The translations under genes were made by a program, and so were the position numbers. Shown here in pieces: positions 39,569 to 49,469 of a stretch of DNA of 64,000 nucleotides (position 1 is the stretch's first letter; each line of letters begins with the position of its first letter). The DNA comes from a bacterium (GTDB lineage: Archaea; Thermoplasmatota; E2; JACPAO01; JAHFTW01), in assembly GCA_040390065.1 (NCBI GenBank), contig JAZJZE010000011.1:64001-128000 (forward strand), given 5' to 3'. The notes under the pieces were generated by a model, which saw nothing but the letters and a program-made list of their open reading frames with translations, was not told where the DNA came from and made no database searches.

Positions 39569-41665
39569 TCAGGTCTGCGCCCCCTTGGTTGCTCGCCCGG
39601 CCGGCGGTAGGCGGTCCATCTTCTCGAATTCCTGGTCCGTGGAGCGCAGGACGTGGTCCATGGTGACGGTTCCGCCGTCGGCGGCCGCGAGGAAGGCCGC
39701 ATTGAGGGCCGCGTTTCGGATGCTTCCCCCCGCAAGGTCAAGTCGCGCAAGGCGGGCGAAGTCGAGGCCCCGCGTGGGGACGGCCTTGCCGAAGGACCGC
39801 ATCCAAATGCGGTTGCGCAGCTCGGGGCCCGGGGTGGGGAAGTCGACGACGAATCGAAGGCGCCGCAGGAACGCGCGGTCGATGTCCGCTTTGCGGTTGG
39901 TCGCTAGGATGGCAAGCCCATGGTAGTCTTCCATGCGCTGCAGGAGGTAGTCAATCTCGAGGTTGGCATACCGGTCGTGACTGTCGCGTACCTCGGACCG
40001 CTTTCCGAAGATGGCGTCGGCCTCATCGAAGAAAAGTATGCAACCCGCGCGTTCGGCACCGTCAAAGACGCGCTCCAGGTTCTTTTCCGTCTCGCCGATG
40101 TACTTGCTCACCAAGGCCGCGACGTTGACTTTCTGCATCGTCAGGCCTAGGGTGTGGGCCAGGACTTCGGCTGCGAGGGTCTTGCCAGTCCCGCTTGACC
40201 CCGAGAACAGGGCCGTGATGCCGCGGCCGCGCGGCCCACGGGCCATGCCCCATGCACCGTACACCAGGGCGCGCGAGCGGACCTGGTCCACAATCGCTTG
40301 GAGATTTCGACGGCAGGTTTCGGGGACCTCGAGATCGTCCCATCCATGCACCGGTTCGATGGGCGTGGCCAGGCCCCGCAACGCCGACGCTGCTTGTTCG
40401 TAGCAGGCCCTCCGGAGGGCGTCCGCCTCGACGACGGCGGGACCGGACGGGTTCGCGGCGCGCGCCGAGGCGACAACCGCAGCGATCTCGCTCGGGCTCA
40501 GGCGAAGGCTGTGAGCGAGATCTTTGATTGTATCGGCTTGGGCGTCGGCAGCCTCGCCGAGCACGAGTCGCCATTGTTCCGCTTGGTCGTCGGGGCTTGG
40601 GGGTGCCAGGGATACGAGGACTGCCGCACTCCCCGGACGCCAGACACCAGTTCCGGTGGCGACGGCTAGCCGGGGGCTGGCGTAGGCGAGGTCGGACCAG
40701 GCCAGTCCGGGCCCGCCTTCCTTGGTCTCAATCGCGTAGGCAACCGAATGGAGAAGGGCGTGCCGGCGCAGCGCGGCAAGGGCGGCGCGACGCTGCAGGA
40801 ACTCTGCCGGCACGGCGCCCGTATCGATGAGGCGCAGTGACAGGCCGAGCTGGTCAGCCACGTGGGCTGCCACGTCTAGCACGCCACTTGCCGCCGGGCC
40901 GGTAACCACGAGGGCGCGCATGCCGGAGCGGCGCAGGGCGCCCGCGCCCTCCGCGGCCTTCTGACGCTGCGCGCGGGCGAGGGATTGGCACACGATTGGC
41001 GTCGTGAAGGCTTCAATCTCGGCCGGGGGCATCGTTTCGCCGAGAAGAAAAGCGAATGCCGAGTCGTCGAGGACAAAACCGCACGTCGGCGACGTGGGAT
41101 CCCCCACGACCGAGACTAGACCGTTCCACCGCAGGGGACTGGACGCAGCAAAACCCAGGGGCCTCGCCGCCTCCGGAAACAGCGCTGCCGCGAGGGCGGG
41201 CGTCGGATACGGAAGGGCTGCATCGTCATTTGCGTAGGCAAGCAGGCGCGCGACGGCAGGGTCCAGGCGGCCCGCGAGGCAGAGGGCGAGCACTTTGCGG
41301 TCGAAGGCATCGAGGCCTACGCATGCGCACAGCTGGTCGAGCTCGCGGGACGGTGCAGCCGTCGGCCCAACGGCATCGGCATCAAGGGCGGCAAGTTTGC
41401 GGCCGACGCCGGCGGCTGGCTCGGTGGCGAACAAGGCACGGCGCCGCTCCTCAAGGGGGCCGGCCAGGATTTGGTCGATGCTTGCGTCAGTGAGGACGCC
41501 GCTGCCAGACCGCGCCAAGGGATCTTCGCTCCAAAGGCTGCGCAGCCACAGGATGTGCCGGTGAAGCAACAGCCGCGCGCGTTCTGATTCTACGACGCGC
41601 CAATCCCGGGGCGTGGCCGTCTTTGCCACCGTGATGAGGGACACGCCGTTCGATGACGACCTCAC
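39569..41665 (-). CDS. eCIS AAA+ ATPase (Afp15/Pvc15-like)
   Basis: Walker A GSSGTGKT, VSKYIGETEKNL, Walker B ILFFDEAD, DRYANLE, LATN..DRAFLRR; GTG start overlaps the upstream stop. Confidence 0.93.
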   Translation of the reverse strand: MRSSSNGVSLITVAKTATPRDWRVVESERARLLLHRHILWLRSLWSEDPLARSGSGVLTDASIDQILAGPLEERRRALFATEPAAGVGRKLAALDADAVGPTAAPSRELDQLCACVGLDAFDRKVLALCLAGRLDPAVARLLAYANDDAALPYPTPALAAALFPEAARPLGFAASSPLRWNGLVSVVGDPTSPTCGFVLDDSAFAFLLGETMPPAEIEAFTTPIVCQSLARAQRQKAAEGAGALRRSGMRALVVTGPAASGVLDVAAHVADQLGLSLRLIDTGAVPAEFLQRRAALAALRRHALLHSVAYAIETKEGGPGLAWSDLAYASPRLAVATGTGVWRPGSAAVLVSLAPPSPDDQAEQWRLVLGEAADAQADTIKDLAHSLRLSPSEIAAVVASARAANPSGPAVVEADALRRACYEQAASALRGLATPIEPVHGWDDLEVPETCRRNLQAIVDQVRSRALVYGAWGMARGPRGRGITALFSGSSGTGKTLAAEVLAHTLGLTMQKVNVAALVSKYIGETEKNLERVFDGAERAGCILFFDEADAIFGKRSEVRDSHDRYANLEIDYLLQRMEDYHGLAILATNRKADIDRAFLRRLRFVVDFPTPGPELRNRIWMRSFGKAVPTRGLDFARLARLDLAGGSIRNAALNAAFLAAADGGTVTMDHVLRSTDQEFEKMDRLPPAGRATKGAQT

Positions 41666-42870
41666 GGCAGGTCGACCTCCCTGGGGGTGAGGCATTCGGC
41701 GCCGCCGACGCGCACCCGCACGGTGGTAGGGCCGCTTGTTCCCTTGCCAGGAAGCCGGATGCGCAGGGCGCCTTTGGCTGGGGACGTGACGTTGCCGGCC
41801 GGTACAGCGGTCTCGCCAAGCAGGACCTGCGTTTCCTCCTGGGAGGACGCGAGCATGTCGCCTTCGATTACCAGGGCGCCGTTGTCCAGACGCGCGTCGA
41901 CGATCGTGGGGACCACGACAAGGCCCGCATGGTTCGAGCAAAATTGCAGGGGCTTGCCGCGCTTGCCCCGAGGGAGGTCCGGGGCGAACGGGGCGCTTAC
42001 GTAGACCGTGCGCGGCCCCGGCTCCAGGCCGGCATTGCGGGGAACAGAAACGGTGATGCGGTTTCCAGCGTCCGACACGACGGCGCCCGTAACCCGGACG
42101 TCTCCAAGCCAGACCTCCAAGCCGTTCGCGCCGAAGCCGGAACCCGTGACGACGAGCGTGTCCCCGGCCTGGACCCAAGGGGACGGGGAGGGCGGATCGG
42201 TTGCGGGGCGGTCGCGGCGCCGGACGGCGACGGCTGTAATGCGCGGCCGCACCAGAGGAGCGACGACGACGCGCGGGCCGGCCGTTTGGACGCCCTTCTC
42301 GAAGCGCGGCGCCGCCACGAGCCGAGGGAAACGGCGCGCCAGCTGACTGTTCAGGAGCACTACGGAGATCATGTACGATGCCGAGAGGCGATGCGTCGTG
42401 GCCAAGGCCTGCCAGACGGAAGACGCCTGATCGACACCCAAGGGTTCCAGCGTAATGCGCAACGCTTCCGGCATCTGCTGCAGGTCGTCGTCGAGCACGT
42501 CCTCGACATTGGCGTCGCCAGGATGGAGGATGGCGTTGTCATGCAGGGCACGCATGGCGTCGCCGAGGATGCGGTGCGCCGCCAGGGAATCCTCGTCGCT
42601 GTCGCCGTAGGCCGTGAGGAGGTAGTGAAGGTCGAGCGACAGGGCAGGCCGGCCATAGGACGCGGGGTGCGCCTGCGGCGACACGTCGCGATTTGCAAGG
42701 AAGGCGTTGCGCCCCACATGGTACAGGTAGATGTTGAGGCGCCGACCGGAGACGTCCCCCACGGGCACCGCCGGTGACGTGATGGTGATTGGAACCTTGT
42801 CGTCCATGGCCTTGAGAAGAAGGCGGCGTAGGGTCCCACTCACTGCTGCCAACGCGTTTGATGAGCTCAC
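41662..42870 (-). CDS. DUF4255 / Pvc16-like cap protein with IPT/TIG-like domains
   Basis: ALAAVSGTLRRLL..RLNIYLYHV..LDLHYLLTAY..ILGDAMRALHD..SASYMISVVL; GDTLVVTGSGF. Confidence 0.88.
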   Translation of the reverse strand: MSSSNALAAVSGTLRRLLLKAMDDKVPITITSPAVPVGDVSGRRLNIYLYHVGRNAFLANRDVSPQAHPASYGRPALSLDLHYLLTAYGDSDEDSLAAHRILGDAMRALHDNAILHPGDANVEDVLDDDLQQMPEALRITLEPLGVDQASSVWQALATTHRLSASYMISVVLLNSQLARRFPRLVAAPRFEKGVQTAGPRVVVAPLVRPRITAVAVRRRDRPATDPPSPSPWVQAGDTLVVTGSGFGANGLEVWLGDVRVTGAVVSDAGNRITVSVPRNAGLEPGPRTVYVSAPFAPDLPRGKRGKPLQFCSNHAGLVVVPTIVDARLDNGALVIEGDMLASSQEETQVLLGETAVPAGNVTSPAKGALRIRLPGKGTSGPTTVRVRVGGAECLTPREVDLP

Positions 42871-42872
42871 GG

Positions 42873-44381
42873 CTATCCTCCCTCCATGGGCCAGCGGCCG
42901 TTGTGGCGGGCCTCGGCAAAGGTATCGAATCCCGTGGCGGTGGCGCGGCGGCGGGGCGCTGGGACGGGTGGAGATTCGAGGGTGACGCGGCCAATCTCGA
43001 CGCGAATCTCGGGCTTCGACGGCGGCAACTGGGGTGCCGGCGACGGCCAGATCGCCTGCGACGGTGTGGGCTGCAGCGTCGCGAGGGAATCGGTTGCGAC
43101 GGCCTCATCCCTCCCGGCCGTGCGCGCTTCTCCGATAGACTTGGCAGGTGGCACGGCGGCCGGCGCCGCCCGCCGGAGGACGGAGGCGGGCGTGCGCTCG
43201 CCGTGTGCCTGCCCCTTCCGTGGATGGTGCGCCGGTCCTGCTTCCTGGGTCAACGGCGCCGCGGTCAGGGCTGGGGTGGCGGGCTCTGCGGCCGGCACGG
43301 CCGGCGTGGCGCTTGGCTGGACCATGACGCGGGGCGGCTGCGGAGCAGTATCGGAGCGGCTGGACCTGCCCCGTTCCATCCGCCGGAAGACCATGCCGGC
43401 CTGCCTCGCCGCGGCCGCCGGCGGTGTGCCGCCCCCTCGTGCCAGGCGAGCAGGCAGATCATGTGTCGCGCGCGCCTTCGCGGTTACAGCGGAGCGTTCT
43501 GTCGTTGGGGTCTGCTCCTTCTCGTCTGGGCGGCGGACGGCCGGCCGGTTCTTGCCCGAGACGGCCTTCGGTGTCGCGCGCAACGCCTGGCGCCGGGCAA
43601 CAGAATCCTCCGTCGTGACGTCGGGCGCCGGCGAGGGCGCATCGATGGGACCATGCGGTGGCATCGGGGTCGGCGCTGCCCGCGGCGCCGATTGCTCCGT
43701 CATCCGGGCCGTCGAGCGCTGGTCCTGCGCAATGCTCTGCGGTCCGCGCGCGGAAGGGCGAATGGCCACTTGCTGCGCCCCTGACCGGGATAGCCCGCCC
43801 GTCTTGTGCGTGGGAGAAGGAGATTGGGGCGGGGCGTCCTCCCAAGGTGGGCCCTGGTCCGGCGGCGCGGCGAGGGACGATGGCGAGGCGACGAGTCGCC
43901 TCGTGGCCAGCGGCACCCGGGAGGTCGTCGGCGCCACCCACCCACTCGCGGCCGACGGCGCGTGTGCCTGGGGGGCGGGCGTAACCGGTTCGGACCTTGT
44001 CGCTTGCATGGGCCGGGCAGGCGGGGGAGCATGGCCGGGTGCTGTCCGAAGCCGGGCGGACGAGGGGGCGTGTGCCAAATGCGGCACGGGCGGGTCTTCC
44101 GGATTCTTCCTCCGCGGTTGACCGGCGGTCCGGGGCTGCTTCCCACTCACCTCCACACCGGTGGCATTCGCCGCCGGGCGCCGGGGTTGAACGGGGGCGT
44201 CGATTGGCCCCGGCAGCGCCGCCACACCGGCCGGGAGAGCAGGGTGGTCTGCGTCACCCGGAAAGGCTGGAATCGCAGGGTCGTGCGCCGTCCACGCGGG
44301 GGCCGAAAGCGGTGGCAGGCGCAGCGGGAGGCCGCCACCGTCGACACCGCGTTGCGCAAGCCGCACGAGAAACCCGTTCAC
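42873..44381 (-). CDS. Pro/Ala-rich low-complexity eCIS protein (possible tape measure/linker)
   Basis: GTG overlaps the upstream stop; N-terminal FLVRLAQR and C-terminal IRVEIGRVTLE motifs around a disordered core. Confidence 0.65.
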   Translation of the reverse strand: MNGFLVRLAQRGVDGGGLPLRLPPLSAPAWTAHDPAIPAFPGDADHPALPAGVAALPGPIDAPVQPRRPAANATGVEVSGKQPRTAGQPRRKNPEDPPVPHLAHAPSSARLRTAPGHAPPPARPMQATRSEPVTPAPQAHAPSAASGWVAPTTSRVPLATRRLVASPSSLAAPPDQGPPWEDAPPQSPSPTHKTGGLSRSGAQQVAIRPSARGPQSIAQDQRSTARMTEQSAPRAAPTPMPPHGPIDAPSPAPDVTTEDSVARRQALRATPKAVSGKNRPAVRRPDEKEQTPTTERSAVTAKARATHDLPARLARGGGTPPAAAARQAGMVFRRMERGRSSRSDTAPQPPRVMVQPSATPAVPAAEPATPALTAAPLTQEAGPAHHPRKGQAHGERTPASVLRRAAPAAVPPAKSIGEARTAGRDEAVATDSLATLQPTPSQAIWPSPAPQLPPSKPEIRVEIGRVTLESPPVPAPRRRATATGFDTFAEARHNGRWPMEGG

Positions 44382-45235
44382 GGCCGACCTCCTTCCATCC
44401 CTTGTCCGTGCAACAAGGCCAAGTACGACTCCCGGCGCCCAGGGGGCATTGCCAGGATGTCGCGCTCCGCCCAATGGTAATGCAAGGCAATCTCATGCAC
44501 TTGGGTTTGCAGCAGGCGGGCGCGTTGCCGCATCTCGCCTAGTACGTAGGCGCCCGCGTCCAACAGCGCCAGGCTCTCACCGCCGCAGGCAGGGCAGGAA
44601 ATCCCCACCATAGTCTCGGCCTGCGGATCCTCGGTAGCCATTGCGTCAGCTAGATGCGCAAGTCTGCGCCTCCCCCGAGCGCCCTGGAAGGAAGGAACCC
44701 GCCCCCCTTTGCCCGGGACGATGCATCGTCGCGCGATTTCCAGGGCTGCCCGCTGAGGGTCATGGCGGGCCACGGCGGCAACCGCCTCCTGATCCTCACC
44801 GGTTGGAAGCCGGAATTCCATGACGGGAAGGCTGTTGCGCCGTGTGCGAAGCGGCGGCGCGGCAACGGTCTTTGTCGATAGGAGCTGCATCGCGTCAATC
44901 TCGACGTCGATGGCTTGGCCACACGTCGGCTGCGGACACTCGACCTTGCTCTGAACCAAGGAGCCGCAGGCCAGGATGCGCAGGCGCAGCAGGAGTGCCT
45001 CCCGGTCGCCGACCGTCAGCCGACTTGCTATTGCCGGCGTGACCGGGGCGACATCGCCGATGCGAACGACGCAACGGGCAAGGAATCCCGACACCTGGCG
45101 CGCCATGGGAAGTCCGGCCACGTCCTGCGCGTACACTTCGTCGAGACCGCTGGGGGCGACGATGCTTGCGGTCCGATGGCACGTCTCGTCGACCCACAGG
45201 CCGGCGGGCAGCGTGACCGCCTCGATGCGCGTCAT
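44378..45235 (-). CDS. T4 gp26-like baseplate/tail assembly protein with Cys pairs and DUF6760-like end
   Basis: LTVGDREALLL..CPQPTCG..FRLPTGEDQ..DPQAE..CPACG..VHEIALHYHWAERDILAM. Confidence 0.8.
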   Translation of the reverse strand: MTRIEAVTLPAGLWVDETCHRTASIVAPSGLDEVYAQDVAGLPMARQVSGFLARCVVRIGDVAPVTPAIASRLTVGDREALLLRLRILACGSLVQSKVECPQPTCGQAIDVEIDAMQLLSTKTVAAPPLRTRRNSLPVMEFRLPTGEDQEAVAAVARHDPQRAALEIARRCIVPGKGGRVPSFQGARGRRRLAHLADAMATEDPQAETMVGISCPACGGESLALLDAGAYVLGEMRQRARLLQTQVHEIALHYHWAERDILAMPPGRRESYLALLHGQGMEGGRP

Positions 45236-45237
45236 GG

Positions 45238-45783
45238 TCAGTTGGCGGGCTCGGCGTACGACGTCTCGTCAGGCTGGCCGACGGTGTAGTCGCGCTCCCA
45301 TCCTTCGTTCTCGAGCTTGATGGTCGAGATGAGAACGGCGTTGCCACTCGCATCCAAGTCGGCCGTGGCTTGGTACTCGGACACCCAGCAACGGTAGACC
45401 ACGTATGACACGACTTTCTGGCCGGACTCGTTGAAGATATCGATGATGATGTCCTTTCGGAAGTCCTTCAATGACACTTCCTTGCCGCCGTCCGTGTCGC
45501 CGGCCATCGGTCCGCCGTAGTTCCATACCTTGTTGGCCCACTGCTCGAAGTCGATGTCATGCGTTACGCCCCGCTCCAGCGTGATGGCTTCGTACTTGGT
45601 CTGGCCTGGCGTTCGGCGCGCACTGCTCGGATCCGCGCCCTCACGCCAGTCGATGGCTTCCGTGTGACGCTTGAGTGCACCAACCTTGTGGACACCGGCG
45701 ACGTACTTTCCGTCCCACTTGACGCGGAACTTGAAGTTCTTGTATGGGTCGAAGCGCTTTGATTCCGCGGTGAATTGTGCCAT
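45238..45783 (-). CDS. Phage tail tube protein (T4 gp19-like)
   Basis: RFDPYKNFKFRVKWDG..REGADP..PGQTKYEAITLERGVTHD..YRCWVSEY..LENEGWERD; AAGGAGG RBS. Confidence 0.95.
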   Translation of the reverse strand: MAQFTAESKRFDPYKNFKFRVKWDGKYVAGVHKVGALKRHTEAIDWREGADPSSARRTPGQTKYEAITLERGVTHDIDFEQWANKVWNYGGPMAGDTDGGKEVSLKDFRKDIIIDIFNESGQKVVSYVVYRCWVSEYQATADLDASGNAVLISTIKLENEGWERDYTVGQPDETSYAEPAN

Positions 45784-45794
45784 GCGTTGCCTCC

Positions 45795-47366
45795 TTAGGT
45801 ATTCTCCTGGTGCGTGTATTGGCTGATCTTGATCACGACGAATTCGGCCGGCTTGAGCGGCGCGAAGCCGACGAGAATGTTGACGATGCCGCGGTCGATG
45901 TCCTCTTGCGGGTTCACCTCGGCGTCGCACTTGACGAAGTACGCTTCGTTGGGCGACGCCCCCTGGAATGCTCCCTGCCGGAACAGGCCATGCATGAATG
46001 TGCCGACGTTGAGGCGGATCTGGGACCACAGCGGCTCGTCGTTTGGCTCGAATACGACCCACTGCGTGCCTCGGTAGAGGCTCTCCTCGATGTAGAGGGC
46101 GGTGCGCCGTACGGGGAGGTACTTCCACTGGTCGGCCAGCTGGTCACGGCCGACGGTGGTGCGGGCTCCCCAAAGGACGGTGCCGGTTGCCGGGAAGGTT
46201 CGGAAGCAGTTCAGGCCAAGCTGGTTTAGCTCCCCTTGTTCCATGTCGGTGAGAGTCGTCGCAATGCCGCTGGCTCCGCGCAGGCGGGCGTCCTGACCGG
46301 CCGGAGCCTTCCAAATGCCTCGGCTAGCGTCGGTGCTGGCGATGATGCCCGCGACCGCGCCGCACGGCGGGAACTCGGCCTCGCGGTTGTCCCGGAGGGG
46401 GTCGGGTGCCTTGATTCGTGGGAAGTAGGCTGCAGCGTCCCTGGTGAGCGTAAAGGCGGGCTTCGGAGTGCCGAGCAGGCCGTCCTTGGCGGTCTTCTTG
46501 TCGTTCCACGGGGCGTCGATGAGGAGGATTGCGCGCCGCTTGCCGCAGTACGTCGCTGCATCGTCCCAGTCTTTTGACGCCAGGGCCACTTCTGCGTTTC
46601 CGCGGGGCAAGCAGAGCAGGTTGAAGATGTCGAGTTTGTCGAGGGCATAGACGCCCGTCGGACTTGCTGCGCCTCCAGGCAAGCCAATAAGGGAGACCGT
46701 GATGTCCACATCTTTCCCCTTGGACAGGCGCTTGTAGGTCGGCACGGCCGGCGGGTTGGCGGGTTTCGGCACGGCGAATTTCTTGGCGGTGTTCCATGTT
46801 GGAACGTCCACAAGGTTGGACTCGTCGTGGAGTACGGCCGGTGCAAAGCGAGGATCCGTGGGCTCGCCGGAAAGGTTGGCGAAGACCTCCTCCCGGAGGA
46901 CCGTCGGTGCTTTTGCCGGGTTGCCCCCGGACGCAATTTCCTGCACATGGAGACTGAAGCGCGGTTGGCCTTGTGGCTGGTCGTGTGGCGGACCCGAGGG
47001 TTCCATCGCAATCTGGAGTTGGTTTCCCCAAGTGCCAGGGCTTCGGGCCTCCACGGGGAAGGCGAACAATGTGGCTTCCGCCGCCGCCGCGCCCGTTTTG
47101 CCGTCGTCGCCGCGACGCACGATGGCGGCCTCGGAGCCGCCGTTCTGGAAGAACTGGTAGACAGCGTGGCCCATGGCCGAGTCGAGGGCCAGGCCGCCAA
47201 AGATTCGCTGGTACTCGCCAAAGTTGTTGACGATTGTCGGTTCTTCAATCGGTCCGCGGGGTGCGAAGCCTACGAAGGCGGTGCGGGAGGTCGCGACGCC
47301 CATGATCGTGCGTACCGGGCTTTCCGTTTCCACGACGTAGACGCCGGGATAGGTCAGTTGCTGCAT
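45795..47366 (-). CDS. Phage tail sheath protein
   Basis: TYPGVYVVE..TAFVG..GIWKAPAG..WGART..WKYLPVRR..WVVFEPNDEPLW..GFAPLKPAEFVVIKI. Confidence 0.96.
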   Translation of the reverse strand: MQQLTYPGVYVVETESPVRTIMGVATSRTAFVGFAPRGPIEEPTIVNNFGEYQRIFGGLALDSAMGHAVYQFFQNGGSEAAIVRRGDDGKTGAAAAEATLFAFPVEARSPGTWGNQLQIAMEPSGPPHDQPQGQPRFSLHVQEIASGGNPAKAPTVLREEVFANLSGEPTDPRFAPAVLHDESNLVDVPTWNTAKKFAVPKPANPPAVPTYKRLSKGKDVDITVSLIGLPGGAASPTGVYALDKLDIFNLLCLPRGNAEVALASKDWDDAATYCGKRRAILLIDAPWNDKKTAKDGLLGTPKPAFTLTRDAAAYFPRIKAPDPLRDNREAEFPPCGAVAGIIASTDASRGIWKAPAGQDARLRGASGIATTLTDMEQGELNQLGLNCFRTFPATGTVLWGARTTVGRDQLADQWKYLPVRRTALYIEESLYRGTQWVVFEPNDEPLWSQIRLNVGTFMHGLFRQGAFQGASPNEAYFVKCDAEVNPQEDIDRGIVNILVGFAPLKPAEFVVIKISQYTHQENT

Positions 47367-47594
47367 TGAAACACATCCGCGCCGCCGTGATGGCTGGCGA
47401 CGCGGCGCAGAAAGCCCTGCGGTATTTGGTGGCTTCTCACGAAACGATGGCACAATGCAGCTAGCGGCGGGCGATTGTTCCCACTTCGCGCAAGAAGGAT
47501 TCATTTGCGTCCGTGGCGGGGTCGGGGGACGCAAGCAAGGAAGTTCCCATGTTGCGCGAATTCCGATTATCTTGCCCTGTCGTTTCGTCTGCGC

Positions 47595-48488
47595 ATGCCT
47601 GAGGCTGTGTTGAGGCCGACGCTGCGGCGGGGGTCAAAGGGCCCCTCTGTGACTGAACTCCAAGACGCGCTTAACGGGGCGGGTGCGCAGCCTCCGCTTG
47701 TGCCCGATGGGGACTTCGGTCCCAAGACGTTGGACGCCGTGCTGGCGTTCCAGACGCAGCGGGGACTCGTGGTCGATGGAATCGTTGGCCCCCAGACATG
47801 GGCGGCCCTGGACGGGTCGACTGCGCCGGCGCCACCGACCCCCGTACCGATGCCGCCGAGTCCCATGACCGCTGACTGGACGGTCGTTCCGGCAGACGGC
47901 CGCATGCTCTACGCAATGGAGATTCTCGTGAACGCCTACGGCTATCCGGTCAATGGTGCAGCGGGGCTCGTCGGGAACCTCCACGCAGAATCAGGCGTAA
48001 TCCCGAACCGCCTTGAGGGGAGCCAGGCGGCCTCGCCGATGCGGGCACCCGACTTCGTCGGCCGGCCGGCTGACTTCACGGCCGACCAGGTCATGAACCG
48101 CAACGGCCCAGGGCAACGGGGACCCCGGCTCCCCGGCGTTGGTCTCGCGCAGTGGACGTCAGCCAACCGCCGCGCCGGCCTGTTCGGCCATGCGTTTCGT
48201 GGCATCGTCCTCGGGTCGTCCATTGTCTTCGACATGGATGCGCAGCTGGATTACCTGGTCAATGAACTCGGCGGCTCGTTTGTAGGCGTCAACCAAGTCA
48301 TCCGCAACCCCACCATCGCCGTGGATGCGGCCAGCGACGAAGTCGTGTACCGGTTCGAAGTGCCAGGGGCAGTGCTGGCCAACGGGGCCCTTCTTCCACG
48401 CACGGATCCACGGGTGCAGGCCGTATTCGCGCAGCGCCTGGCGTCGTCCCAGGCTGCGCTCCGGGCGTACCGTGCCGTTCACCCGTGA
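47595..48488 (+). CDS. Peptidoglycan-binding domain + phage tail-tip lysozyme (Phage_lysozyme2-like)
   Basis: LRRGSKGPSVTELQ..DGDFGPKT..VDGIVGPQTW; GAAGLVGNLHAESG..GVGLAQWT..RR..QLDYLVNEL; no signal peptide. Confidence 0.88.
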   Translation: MPEAVLRPTLRRGSKGPSVTELQDALNGAGAQPPLVPDGDFGPKTLDAVLAFQTQRGLVVDGIVGPQTWAALDGSTAPAPPTPVPMPPSPMTADWTVVPADGRMLYAMEILVNAYGYPVNGAAGLVGNLHAESGVIPNRLEGSQAASPMRAPDFVGRPADFTADQVMNRNGPGQRGPRLPGVGLAQWTSANRRAGLFGHAFRGIVLGSSIVFDMDAQLDYLVNELGGSFVGVNQVIRNPTIAVDAASDEVVYRFEVPGAVLANGALLPRTDPRVQAVFAQRLASSQAALRAYRAVHP

Positions 48489-48818
48489 ATGGTCGGTCGA
48501 CGACGAGCCAATCGGGAAACTTGGGGGCCGTGGAGGTTCCTTGCCCGGCGCGGGCGGCGCGCCGCCTCCAAAACGTCACACCACGTAGCGCCGGGCCGGC
48601 CGCGATTCGGCACCAGCGACACACGCGGGCTGGGTGTGGCAGGTTGGCTCTCTTCATTTCATCGTCGGCGCTTGCCCAGGCCCGCAACCCTGACCCCTTC
48701 TTGGTTTCAATCCCGTCTGGAGCGTGGGCGGCCGTGGGTCGGCCCATGTCTCGTGAAAAACGTACTTGCGGCGCCTATGCGTGGCATACTTGTGTCACGT
48801 GCAAAGGGCTCGACCGGT

Positions 48819-49331
48819 GTGTCTGAACAACAGAAAATGCTGACCGATGCAGAGGCTTGGATTGCGTGCTTTTACTTCGAGCAATACGTGGTTGCGGGTT
48901 ACGAGCCCCAGATGTTGCCAGCGGGTTTTGTCCGAGCCAGTGCCCTTCAGCTTCTGGAAGGCGTCGCGGCGATGACGCCAGTGCAGTTCGCCGCACTTCG
49001 CGAGGCGCCCAGTCGCTGGCAAAATTATCTCGCCACGTGGCCAGGATTGTCGATGGAGCAACGCGGGCAGGTGCGGGCGGCCTGGAGCGAACGGTGCGGC
49101 TTGGCGGCCTCCAGCGTCGGCACAGCAACGGCGTTGCCTCCGCCGGCGCCAGTCCAGGATCGCGCGCAACGGATCCTTCAGGAAATTCGGGAAGCCGAGG
49201 CGCGCGGCGACCATGCGCGGGCCCGCGCAATTGGGGAAAAATTCGCCGTGGAGAGCCGCGCCCAGCATGTCGGGCACATGAACCTGATGGCGACAATTGC
49301 CAACCCATTGAACCCAACGCGCTACATCTGA
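48819..49331 (+). CDS. Hypothetical protein (~170 aa)
   Basis: 3' part of ORF 48489..49331 has globular helical composition from the GTG at 48819. Confidence 0.6.
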   Translation: MSEQQKMLTDAEAWIACFYFEQYVVAGYEPQMLPAGFVRASALQLLEGVAAMTPVQFAALREAPSRWQNYLATWPGLSMEQRGQVRAAWSERCGLAASSVGTATALPPPAPVQDRAQRILQEIREAEARGDHARARAIGEKFAVESRAQHVGHMNLMATIANPLNPTRYI

Positions 49332-49469
49332 CGGCGGCCAACTTGGTCTCCAAGAACCCTGCTAGAGAACCTATTCTGGCCGGCAAGGACGTCCGCAGCT
49401 TCGACCTTCGCCTGGGTAGCGACCGGCGCACCCGTCTCTCGTGAGAATCGCCTTTGTACCGGCCGGAGA

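Larger units (their letters stand above)
25452..47366 (-). other. Extracellular contractile injection system (eCIS; Afp/PVC-like phage-tail) operon
   Basis: Co-directional sheath, tube, chaperone, cap, AAA+ ATPase, tube initiator, LysM, hub, spike, PAAR-like, gp25, two baseplate J, tail and DUF6519 genes, mostly joined by overlapping stop/start codons; no capsid, portal or terminase. Confidence 0.93.

Noticed and set aside
29456-44121. Long plus-strand ORFs (e.g. 29456-31345, 35597-36979, 42886-44121)
   Set aside because: They are shadows of the coupled minus-strand eCIS genes.
25452-47366. Prophage or provirus
   Set aside because: Only tail and baseplate genes are present; no capsid, portal, terminase or replication genes. 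The Pvc15-like ATPase, DUF4255 and DUF4157 indicate eCIS.
25452-47366. Canonical type VI secretion system
   Set aside because: No TssJLM membrane complex, TssK or ClpV recognised; the sheath is a single phage-type gene.
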